Shown here: positions 27,268 to 36,001 of the stretch, piece by piece
Layout: each line of letters opens with the position of its first letter
Position numbering within the stretch: position 1 is the first letter of the stretch
Origin: Sedimentisphaerales bacterium
Lineage (GTDB): Bacteria; Planctomycetota; Phycisphaerae; Sedimentisphaerales; SM23-30
DNA: 64,000 bases
Direction: 5' to 3'
NCBI GenBank assembly: GCA_963663965.2
Contig: CAXXFK010000015.1
Span: 160,001-224,000, forward strand
The notes under the pieces: generated by a model
Databases searched by the model: none
Seen by the model: only the letters and a program-made list of their open reading frames with translations
What the model was told of the DNA's origin: nothing
Position numbers and translations under genes: made by a program

Positions 27268-29339
27268 TTATTAATCTCCACCACTAACCATGGAAATGCC
27301 TCGTATGGGTATCGTAACGGACTTATTATCTTGCCATCTGGACTTACGCATCGTTTTACAATTTCATGTTTAGACTCATCATAATAAATATTGCATGAAT
27401 ATCGATGTTCTTCATTAGTCCAGGCAAATGGCGCGCTTTTTTCCCATGGATCTAACCGCACTGAGCATGGACCAGTAAGTAATGGTCGTTCACCAACAGA
27501 TACTGTTGCCCAATTGTGTCGAATAGTCATACTTTTATTAATTGTTTCAGTTGGATCATAGCCTGCTCTCCATACTTTAAAACAGCTATCCGAATCCCTG
27601 CTGGCTTTGATGGCATTGTAGGTTAAGGTCTGCCAGTAGAAGCAGGGCCAACCACAATGTAAATTGCCATATTCAGACCCCAAGTAACTGTTATCTTGTA
27701 TTCCAAAATTAATCATCGCAAATGACTGAGGATAATTCGCCATATTATCCCACATCTTGATATAATCGTTCGCAATCTGCCGGGCCTCTCTGAGGCATTT
27801 GAAAAGATCGCATTTGCAATCAGAATTATCTCTGCACTTTTTGTTTCGACATACTTTGGCCAATTTTTCATAAACTAACGATGCCGATTCAGTTAACGGC
27901 CCGTATAATGGAGGTTCTGCTCTTGTTTGAGCGTCTGGATAAATTACTTTTGGATAAATCAGACCGGTATCAGGGTCAACATAATCTGTTGCGGAATCAA
28001 TAACATTCGTCATCTTTCCCATCGGATCTGTATTTATCATCACCTGTGAATAAGCATATTGATAAAGATTCATCCCATCGACATATCCAGCAGGATCCAC
28101 ACTCAGCCACCGCCCGGTACGATAATCATAATACCGATGCCGGTTAATCTGAATCAGCTTCGCCCCGCCGTCAAGGATATCCAGCCGTCGCCCGGTGAAG
28201 GAATACGGATTGCCGACAACCGACCCCACCGCCGAAGCCGTCAACTCCGAAGTCGGCCCCGCCACACTCATCGCCAGCATCTCCAATCCTCCTGGTATCC
28301 CCGTATCAGCGGCGATCAATCCCGTACTATTGGGATCACTCGGCCAGCCCATCATGTCGCTGCCGCTCCATGCTTCATTCGGATCCAGCGCCGCCAACAG
28401 CAGTATCGGCGTATTATCACCCACCGCCATTTCTCCGGATGTTTCCTCCATGACCTTCATGTCCCTCGTGGTGAATAACGGCTGTTCCAGCCACCCGGCC
28501 GCCGCGTCGGCGTAGAAGGTCAACGAATCCATCGGCCTCACCGTCGGCGCCATGATCGAGTCGCTGACGCTCCCCGCTGCTACCCAGACACTCGGCTTGC
28601 CATACACATCATACTCATACCGCTCGGCCACGTCCGCCGCTTCATCCAACAGCACAACGGTACTATTCAGGTGGTCCTGAACATAGTAATACAACGGCTC
28701 TCCGGCCGTCATCCCATCGATCAGGATAAGCGGCTCATCGATCCCGTTGCCATAGACGAACTCACGCCGGGTCGCCCCTTCTTCATCCGTCTCCATCACC
28801 ACCTGCCAGCGGTCATTGAAGTAATAGCGCGTCACAGTATCCACCACCTCGCCCGGCACCCGCATCTCGATGCGGCGTCCCAGCGCGTCATAGTCATAAG
28901 CGACCACATCCGTATCACTCCCTTCATCATACACCCCATCGCTGTCCAGGTCAATATAAACCCGCTTCAGCCGGTTCTCATAGTCCCAGACATAACTATA
29001 GCCTTCTTCATCAGTTACGACATTCCCCGCCGCGTCATAGCCCAGCTGCACATCATAACTGCCGACCGCGTCATACTGGTTCGTCAGCGCATCGACGGCA
29101 TAAGTCTCGACCGCCCCGGTTTTCAGGGCCACCTGCGTCCGGTTCCCCAGGGTATCGTAATCGAAAACTTCCGACTGACCCTGGGCCAGCCGCTCGATCG
29201 TCGCCTCAGACAGAACCTGGTTATAGATCCGCACATCGTCGATCACCCCATCAAAACCACGGCCGCCGCCGATCCGGGCCAATGAAATGACCTGAATGAA
29301 CCGACTTTCAGCCGCCAGACTATTGGCAATTACCATCAC
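27264..29339 (-). CDS. 5'-truncated Rhs/YD-repeat protein with LamG remnant and papain-like (C-H-D) C-terminal toxin
   Basis: FDGVIDDVRIYNQVLS then YD repeats, DPAGYVDGMNLYQY, DPMG; CT WPCFYWQ...HNW...LDPW. Confidence 0.85.
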   Translation of the reverse strand: MMVIANSLAAESRFIQVISLARIGGGRGFDGVIDDVRIYNQVLSEATIERLAQGQSEVFDYDTLGNRTQVALKTGAVETYAVDALTNQYDAVGSYDVQLGYDAAGNVVTDEEGYSYVWDYENRLKRVYIDLDSDGVYDEGSDTDVVAYDYDALGRRIEMRVPGEVVDTVTRYYFNDRWQVVMETDEEGATRREFVYGNGIDEPLILIDGMTAGEPLYYYVQDHLNSTVVLLDEAADVAERYEYDVYGKPSVWVAAGSVSDSIMAPTVRPMDSLTFYADAAAGWLEQPLFTTRDMKVMEETSGEMAVGDNTPILLLAALDPNEAWSGSDMMGWPSDPNSTGLIAADTGIPGGLEMLAMSVAGPTSELTASAVGSVVGNPYSFTGRRLDILDGGAKLIQINRHRYYDYRTGRWLSVDPAGYVDGMNLYQYAYSQVMINTDPMGKMTNVIDSATDYVDPDTGLIYPKVIYPDAQTRAEPPLYGPLTESASLVYEKLAKVCRNKKCRDNSDCKCDLFKCLREARQIANDYIKMWDNMANYPQSFAMINFGIQDNSYLGSEYGNLHCGWPCFYWQTLTYNAIKASRDSDSCFKVWRAGYDPTETINKSMTIRHNWATVSVGERPLLTGPCSVRLDPWEKSAPFAWTNEEHRYSCNIYYDESKHEIVKRCVSPDGKIISPLRYPYEAFPWLVVEINK

Positions 29340-29535
29340 TCGCGGAACATTATCCGGTAAAGTAATCTCTACAGCCTAGTCAATCCCAATGAAACGAACG
29401 GACCGTTTTGACAACAATGATTTTAATGCATAATTCTTAACCAACCAGATGCCCGGCTCCCAACATGGCGTTCGACCGATAACTATTGCCCGATAAATTA
29501 AAATCCGAATTATCAGTATTATTTTGCCAACAAAT

Positions 29536-29565
29536 TTGCCTTTTCATTTTCATGGTGTATATTAT
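29536..29565 (+). promoter_or_regulatory. Sigma-70-like promoter for the candidate ncRNA
   Basis: TTGCCT (29536-41) with TATATT/TATTAT 16-18 bp downstream. Confidence 0.5.
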
Positions 29566-29570
29566 ATACG

Positions 29571-29825
29571 GCGCCCGTTGGACCGGAGAGCCTGACGGAT
29601 AAAACTGGTTGCCCGATTACCCGAGAGAGAGCTGACTCACGGTAAGTTATAAAGCGAGACAACTTTTTATGAGTTTGTCGCCGTAAAGGAAAGAATAACC
29701 GGATAAAGCTCAAGGTAACCGAAATAGCAAGATCCAAAATTAAGTTCCATGAATGCAATCGTACACTGCTTTTAAGAAGGGAGTAAGAAGATTCGATAGT
29801 TGGAAATGATTCTGGGTCAACAGGC
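29571..29825 (+). ncRNA. Candidate ~255-nt structured non-coding RNA (6S-like or unclassified)
   Basis: 5'/3' closing helix (14 of 16 pairs, including 3 G-U), nested long arm 29597-29735, second arm 29745-29805, flanked by a promoter and an intrinsic terminator. Confidence 0.65.
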
Positions 29826-29826
29826 T

Positions 29827-29860
29827 AAAAGCCCCCGGTCAATACCGCGGGCTTTTTTTA
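29827..29860. terminator. Intrinsic, probably bidirectional terminator
   Basis: AAAAGCCC-CCGGT caat ACCGC-GGGCTTTTTTT between the candidate RNA and the convergent deoR gene. Confidence 0.85.
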
Positions 29861-29883
29861 TTGCGCTTAGTCCATCGCTTTGA

Positions 29884-30651
29884 TCACGCCACCACAACTT
29901 CCATGCCATTTTTTTCCAGGATTAATCGATCTTCCACTGACGGTTCAGCATCCACAATCAGAACATCGATTTCATTGCACGACAAAACACTATATAAAGC
30001 CTTCCTGCCCATTTTGGTTGAATCTATCAGCAAATAGACTTTACCCGCACGCGCCGCGATCTGACGTTTAATGGTCCGATTGAACGCCGCGTTTTCAAAG
30101 GTTCCCTCACCCGGCATCAATCCTGTACAGGAGAAAAAAGCTTTTTCAATATAAATCGAATCGCGCTGACTGTCCGTCTCAAACCCAACAAAAGAATAGG
30201 TCTCTCGATCAAATACCCCCCCCAGACCAATCAACCGGATTTCCTGTGAGCGCGCCAGTTCATTAGTAATAATCGCGGAATTGGTCACCACAGTCACATC
30301 CCGCCGCTGCCGGGTCAGTTCCCTGCCAAAACATGCCACTGTTGTCGATCCATCCAGAAATATCGAATCGCCCGCGGAAACAAAATCCATCGCCCGGTTG
30401 GCAATTTTCTGCTTTTGGACCAGATTCATTTGCATCCGATAAGTGAGTGCCGCTTCCCGAAATTGCGCCGGCGAATCCAACCGTTGGGCCCCCCCCTTGA
30501 TTCGCGTCAAAAAACGCGATTCCGCTAGAAAATCCACATCTCGACGAATCGTAAATGGAGACACCCCAAATTTATCAGCAAGATCACCAAACGAAGCAAT
30601 GCCAACTTGCTGAATATATTCCAATATCTTTTGCTGTCGTTCTCTTACCAT
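29884..30651 (-). CDS. DeoR/GlpR family transcriptional regulator
   Basis: ERQQKIL...FGVSPFTIRRD...GGA; IFLDGSTT, VVTNS, LIDSTK. Confidence 0.95.
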   Translation of the reverse strand: MVRERQQKILEYIQQVGIASFGDLADKFGVSPFTIRRDVDFLAESRFLTRIKGGAQRLDSPAQFREAALTYRMQMNLVQKQKIANRAMDFVSAGDSIFLDGSTTVACFGRELTRQRRDVTVVTNSAIITNELARSQEIRLIGLGGVFDRETYSFVGFETDSQRDSIYIEKAFFSCTGLMPGEGTFENAAFNRTIKRQIAARAGKVYLLIDSTKMGRKALYSVLSCNEIDVLIVDAEPSVEDRLILEKNGMEVVVA

Positions 30652-30740
30652 TTCTAATTCATTTAATAATAGATAATTATATTAAAAAAACCATTCTAAT
30701 TGACACTATATATACCGCTAATTATACCTAAATGTTGGTT

Positions 30741-30831
30741 TTTTGCAAATATTTTGCAAAATATATTGACATTATTAGCACATTCTTTACAATAAATGAA
30801 TCGTCAACAGCAATATTTTGTCAGTATTGCT
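30741..30831 (+). promoter_or_regulatory. Promoter of the E1/E2 operon with flanking palindromes (candidate DeoR operators)
   Basis: TTGACA 30766-71, 16 bp, TACAAT 30788-93; near-palindromes TTTTGCAAATATTTTGCAAAA (30741-61) and AGCAATA-N9-TATTGCT (30809-31). Confidence 0.6.
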
Positions 30832-30889
30832 AATATTACGCTAAAATTTCCTGAACATTCCATAAAGCGACTGTGGAGAACTGGTAAAA

Positions 30890-33157
30890 ATGAAAAGTAT
30901 CCTTGCGGCACCGGATTTCACTCCAAAATCACTCACCTTTGGTGAAGTCCCATGTTACCAATACACTGGCACTCTAAAAGATGAAATCAAAGCCAACTTA
31001 TTGAGTAAAGATGACGCTATCTTTATGTTCCGCGTCATGCTTTATAACCGTTATTTTGAACAAACTATCATCAAACTACGCAATGGTGAGCTTGTTCCTT
31101 ATGAAGGATTTAAATTTACCGGCGCCACTCACTTATCCATCGGCCAGGAAGGCGTTGCCATTGGTGCCAATGCCGCACTGCGCTATGACGATTATATCAC
31201 CAGTTCCCATCGCGGTCATGGCCATGGCATCGCGAAAAGCGCTTATGCGCTGCGCCAATCCTGCCAGAGCGAATGGGCCGATTTTATCAAAGGGGTCAGC
31301 TTTACCAGCCAACAAACAGACCTTTTCGAACAGGCTATGGAAGTCCATCTTTATCGCACCATGGCAGAATTTATGGGAATGGAAGAGGGCTATTGCCGCG
31401 GACGAGGCGGCGGCATGCACATTGCCGATTTTCACGTTGGACATCTGGGCGCCAACGCCATCGTTGGTGGCAGTATTCCAATCGCCACTGGCGCAGGCAT
31501 GTCGATGACATTACAGCACAAAGATCGGGTCACCTGTTGTTTCTTTGGCGATGGCGCCTGCAATAACGGCGTGTTTGGCGAATCGCTTAATATGGCTTCC
31601 ATGAAACAATTCAAACAGGGAGTACCTGTCATCTTCTTAATCGAAAACAACCAGTTTGGCATGAGCGGTCGTGGCGCAGGCGAAGTAACCGGGGTAGACC
31701 ATGTGGTCCGGCGCGGTTGGGGCTACAAACAAAATGGCATGCACGCCGAAGTGGTTAACGGCATGAATGCCATGGCCGTTTATGAAGCCGTGCGGCGGGC
31801 AGTCGACACCTGCCGGTCAGGCGATGGCCCGGTCCTGCTCGAGTGCATGACCTACCGATACCGCGGTCATTCTCTCAGTGACCAGAATGCCTATCGCTCC
31901 GATGAAGAAATAAAAGCCTGGATGGACGAAGACCCCATCAACCGTATGGAAAAAGAACTTATTGATGCCGATGTCCTTACTGCCAACCAGATAGAAGCCA
32001 TGAAAACCCGGCATGAAACGCAGATGGAAACCATTACACTGGCTGCGGCGCGCAGCGAATTCCCCAAACCCGAGGACATCTTGAAGGGACTCTATTCATC
32101 CAGTACCAGCGATACCATCCCAGCTGAATTGCAGACGACCGATTACAACAAAGAGGCCATACGCGATCAGCGTGATGGCAAAGGCCGCATGCAGGTTCGG
32201 CGCGCGTTACTTGAGGCCATGACCGAAGAAATGATCCGTGATCAACGCGTTGTGGTTTATGGTGAAGACGTTGCCGAATATGGCGGAGCCTTCGCCGTTA
32301 CGGCTGGTCTGATCGATATTTTTGGCCGTGACCGGGTATTTAATACCGCCATCTCCGAAGCGACGATCTGCGGTTCCGCAGTCGGCATGGCCATCACCGG
32401 CCTGCGCCCTGTTTGCGAACTCATGTATATCGATTTCATCCTGATGAGTATGGACCAACTCGGCAATCAGGCGGCTAAAAATAAGTACATGTTTGGCGGT
32501 CATGCCAAAATTCCCATGGTCTGCCGATGCGCGATTGGCGGTGGCAAAGGCTACGCCGGCCAGCATTCCCAGAGTCTCGAAGCAGTCGCCACCATGATCC
32601 CCGGCCTCAAGGTCGTGGCGCCTTACACGGCTGCCGATGCGAAAGGCCTGCTCAAAACCGCCATTCGCGATGACAATCCGGTCATTTTCCTCGAACATCA
32701 GTTGCTCTACGGCGAACGCGGCGAAGTCCCCGCCGGGGATTTCCTCGTTCCATTCGGCAAGGCAGCAATTTTACGGGAAGGTACTGACGTCAGCCTGATC
32801 GCCTACAGTTATATGACCCTCATCGCCGAAAAAGCGGCTGATCTGCTGGCACAAAAAGGCGTTTCTGCTGAGGTCGTAGATGTTCGCAGCCTGATCCCGC
32901 TGGATAGCGAAACCATAGCCGCATCAGTCAAAAAGACTAACTACGGCGCCATCTTATCTCAGGCTCCCGGAACCGGTTGCTTTGGCGAACATATTGCCCG
33001 TAGAATCAACGAACTGGCATTTGATTACCTCGATGCCCCGATTGAACTCATCGCTTCCTACGATTGCCCGCCTCCCATGGCGCCTACTCTTGAAGATGAA
33101 TTTATGCCCAACCCGCAGAAAGTCTGCGATAAAGTTCTTAAAATGCTCAATAAATAA
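30890..33157 (+). CDS. 2-oxoacid/acetoin dehydrogenase E1, fused alpha+beta subunits
   Basis: HLSIGQE, GRGGGMH, GDGA...ENN TPP motif, YRYRGHS; beta part GEDV, NTAISE, QHSQ. Confidence 0.93.
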   Translation: MKSILAAPDFTPKSLTFGEVPCYQYTGTLKDEIKANLLSKDDAIFMFRVMLYNRYFEQTIIKLRNGELVPYEGFKFTGATHLSIGQEGVAIGANAALRYDDYITSSHRGHGHGIAKSAYALRQSCQSEWADFIKGVSFTSQQTDLFEQAMEVHLYRTMAEFMGMEEGYCRGRGGGMHIADFHVGHLGANAIVGGSIPIATGAGMSMTLQHKDRVTCCFFGDGACNNGVFGESLNMASMKQFKQGVPVIFLIENNQFGMSGRGAGEVTGVDHVVRRGWGYKQNGMHAEVVNGMNAMAVYEAVRRAVDTCRSGDGPVLLECMTYRYRGHSLSDQNAYRSDEEIKAWMDEDPINRMEKELIDADVLTANQIEAMKTRHETQMETITLAAARSEFPKPEDILKGLYSSSTSDTIPAELQTTDYNKEAIRDQRDGKGRMQVRRALLEAMTEEMIRDQRVVVYGEDVAEYGGAFAVTAGLIDIFGRDRVFNTAISEATICGSAVGMAITGLRPVCELMYIDFILMSMDQLGNQAAKNKYMFGGHAKIPMVCRCAIGGGKGYAGQHSQSLEAVATMIPGLKVVAPYTAADAKGLLKTAIRDDNPVIFLEHQLLYGERGEVPAGDFLVPFGKAAILREGTDVSLIAYSYMTLIAEKAADLLAQKGVSAEVVDVRSLIPLDSETIAASVKKTNYGAILSQAPGTGCFGEHIARRINELAFDYLDAPIELIASYDCPPPMAPTLEDEFMPNPQKVCDKVLKMLNK

Positions 33158-33267
33158 CTTTGGATATATTGGCCCTGGTGACCGGGTAGGCCTGATGTTT
33201 CCTTTCCTTCCAAACCATTATGATCAGGCTTACCCGAGTCACATTTCTTGCAGGAGTAATCGATTCA

Positions 33268-34938
33268 ATGGCCACCGAAATCAAAATACCCGTTCCCGAT
33301 CAGACGACTACTGAAGTTCGTATTGTTGAATGGAAAATCAAACCAGGCGATACGGTCAAACACGGCCAGGTTATTCTGGAAGTCGAATCGGACAAATCTG
33401 TTATCGAAGTGGAATCCCCGGCCGATGGTACCGTACTAAAGCTTCTAGCTCAGGTCGATGACATGGTCCCGGTTGCTCAGGTCGTCGGCTTTATCGGCCA
33501 GTCAGAGGAACCCATAGAAACACCTTTGCCTTCCCCTCCACCCGCCAATCCCTCACCGACCCCAGTAGCTTCTCCCCCACCAGTAACAGATGAGCAGTTG
33601 CCCACAAGCGTTACTGAAATAAAAATCCCGGTACCCGACCAGACCACAACCGAGGTTCGCATTGTCGAGTGGAAAATCAATCCGGGCGACACAGTGAAAC
33701 GCGGCCAGGTGATCTTGGAAGTTGAATCGGACAAATCCGTCATTGAAGTGGAATCCCCTGCTGAGGGTGCGATCCTCAAGTTAACGGCCCAGGTAGATGA
33801 CATGGTCCCCGTCGCCGAAGTCGTCGGCTATATCGGCCAGCCTGGAACTCAACTTCCAGATACCAGCCAATCCCAATCGTCTCAAGCCAGTGAACCCACA
33901 GCTTCAATTGCGCCTCAAACAGTTGATGGCACAGCCAAGGCCTCCCCGCTGGCTCAAAAAACCGCTCAGGAACTGGAGGTGAATCTGACGACCATACAGG
34001 GTACAGGTATTCACGGTAAAATCATGCGGGCCGATGTGGTTGGTCATCCGGATAAACCGGTTGGTTCCAGAGAGAGAGTTATCGCCTCTCCCAATGCCCG
34101 GCGACTGGCTCGTGAACTCAATGTCGATTTAACCGCCATTTCAGCCGGCAGTGGCGCCGGGGGCCGCATCGTGGGCAAAGATGTCCAGGCCCTGGCCGCC
34201 AACGGACCCACCGCAACAACTCCTGCTCCTGCTACAGCACCGGCGAGCGCCGGTTCACCTCTTCCCGGCACCGTTGAACCCCTGTCAAAAATGCGCCGGG
34301 CAATTGGCAACAATCTGCAAATGAGTTTTCGTGACACCCCTCATTTTAATGTCACCATGGCCATTGACATGACCCAGGCGATCTCATTTCGCGCCATGTA
34401 CAATTCCGGCAAGGATAAATCCACCCAGATATCCGTCAACGATCTGGTTGTCCGCGCCACTGCCAATGCCATGAAACAATTCCCAGTGGTCAATAGCCGC
34501 CTGGTCGATAACGCCATTCACTATCTGGCCGATATTAATATCGGTATCGCTACTGCGCTGGATTCCGGCCTGGTTGTGCCTGTCCTGGCCCATGCCGACC
34601 AGAAAAACTGGGCTCAACTCGCCGCCGAAACCAAACGTCTGGCCACCGAAGCGCGCAACGGGAAGATTATCGGAGCCGGCAAAGGCACTTTTACCATCTC
34701 CAATCTGGGCATGTTCGGTGTCGATCAGTTTACTGCCATTATAAATCCGGGAGAATGCGCCATCATGGCCGTTGGCGCCTTGCAACAGGAAGTTGTCGTA
34801 ATTGACGGCATGATTGGCATTAAGCCCATGATGAAAATCACCCTCTGCAGCGATCACCGTATTATTGATGGCGCCACAGCTGCCCGTTTCCTGTTGGCGC
34901 TTAAACAATATCTCGAAAGAGATATCATTGAAGGGTAA
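33268..34938 (+). CDS. Dihydrolipoamide acyltransferase E2 (two lipoyl domains, two subunit-binding domains)
   Basis: 2x EVESDKS; ASPLA and ASPNA; FTISNLG, DHRIIDGA. Confidence 0.95.
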   Translation: MATEIKIPVPDQTTTEVRIVEWKIKPGDTVKHGQVILEVESDKSVIEVESPADGTVLKLLAQVDDMVPVAQVVGFIGQSEEPIETPLPSPPPANPSPTPVASPPPVTDEQLPTSVTEIKIPVPDQTTTEVRIVEWKINPGDTVKRGQVILEVESDKSVIEVESPAEGAILKLTAQVDDMVPVAEVVGYIGQPGTQLPDTSQSQSSQASEPTASIAPQTVDGTAKASPLAQKTAQELEVNLTTIQGTGIHGKIMRADVVGHPDKPVGSRERVIASPNARRLARELNVDLTAISAGSGAGGRIVGKDVQALAANGPTATTPAPATAPASAGSPLPGTVEPLSKMRRAIGNNLQMSFRDTPHFNVTMAIDMTQAISFRAMYNSGKDKSTQISVNDLVVRATANAMKQFPVVNSRLVDNAIHYLADINIGIATALDSGLVVPVLAHADQKNWAQLAAETKRLATEARNGKIIGAGKGTFTISNLGMFGVDQFTAIINPGECAIMAVGALQQEVVVIDGMIGIKPMMKITLCSDHRIIDGATAARFLLALKQYLERDIIEG

Positions 34939-34962
34939 AATTTTCGGTTCGAATGCAATATC

Positions 34963-34985
34963 AGGCGGCTCATAGCCGCCTTTTT
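34963..34985 (+). terminator. Intrinsic terminator
   Basis: AGGCGGCT cat AGCCGCCT followed by a T run. Confidence 0.8.
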
Positions 34986-35450
34986 ATTTCAATAATTCAC
35001 AGGCGACTTTCACAACGACCTTTTTAACCCCAGCCTTTTCCCCTGCCAGGGCAATTCCCGGCAAATGACCATCGTGCGGATAAAACACGGCTATTGAACC
35101 AGGTTCCATAACAAGCGAGCTGACTGCGATGTGATCATGATAGTAAAATATGACATCCCGTTCAGTATCGTAAGGTCCGGATGGGCGCAAAAAGACCCAC
35201 TGGAGAGAACAAGATCCGTTCACTTCCATTCAAGAGATATTGTACATCAACATATTTCTGGTGGGACTCAAATTGCCCTTCAGCTTCAAACCTGGTCTGA
35301 TATTCGGATATAACGGCAAATATCTCATGCCCCCGTAACTCATACTTTCCCGGTTCTGGATCAGTCAATCCTCTGAGATAGTCAGCAACAATGACCCATG
35401 CCTCTCCCAATTGATAATAGTTACTATAAATCCAGCCTGTCAAAAATCAT
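34984..35450 (-). pseudogene. YhcH/YjgK/YiaL family protein with two frameshifts (real or assembly error)
   Basis: MIFDRLD / ...FESHQKYVDVQYLLNGSERI / ...YDTERDVIFY...VFYPHDGHLP...VKKVVVKV lie in different frames. Confidence 0.8.
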
Positions 35451-35562
35451 TAAGTTCATGCTCCAATTGAAACCTGTTCTCGGTTATGTTTTGCCTCCAT
35501 CAGTAAGCAATCCGATTCGAGTATCATTACTCTCTTCCAGCATCAACACAAACACCATTCTA

Positions 35563-36000
35563 CTATGGATAACAATTCATTTCCAGCCAATACCGACAAA
35601 ATAATGTTAACTGCTCAGAAAAACCTTTGAAAATCCAACGGTTTGGTTAAAAAAACTGTTGGCATGATATTCATAAGCCTTCTTAACATCAGCCTCAGCG
35701 GCCGAAGTCGATAATACAATAATCGGAATCGAGCATAGATTCTTATTCTGCTTTACTGTTTGCAACACCTCCAGACCATCTAAACGAGGCAGTCGCAAAT
35801 CAAGCAGAATCACATCCGGTCTTTGCACGGTAGTATCGTTAAGATACGTACCTTGCTGAAAAATATAATCGACTGCCGCCTGACCATCTGATATATGGCG
35901 TAATTCGATTGGCGCAGGTGCAACATTTCAGACTGCGTCGGATAATCTCGGCATGGGCCGGATCGTCTTCAATCATGAGGACATGAAATTCTTTTGCCAT
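35563..36000 (-). pseudogene. Single-domain response regulator (Rcp1-like) with frameshifts (real or assembly error)
   Basis: MAKEFHVLMIEDDPAH / PDVILLDLRLPRLDGLEVL...ANSF / KPLDF / YWLEMN in shifting frames; starts 1 bp after the kinase stop. Confidence 0.8.
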
Positions 36001-36001
36001 A

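Noticed and set aside
14227..28900. Diversity-generating retroelement or retron behind the near-identical repeats
   Set aside because: No reverse transcriptase in the window; differences are not adenine-specific; the repeats are coding Rhs/SirB1-like blocks
29519..29758. 79-aa minus-strand ORF over the candidate ncRNA
   Set aside because: No recognisable motif; plus-strand promoter, terminator and G-U pairing explain the region better
33268..33850. Direct repeat in the E2 gene as a novel duplication
   Set aside because: Ordinary tandem lipoyl domains
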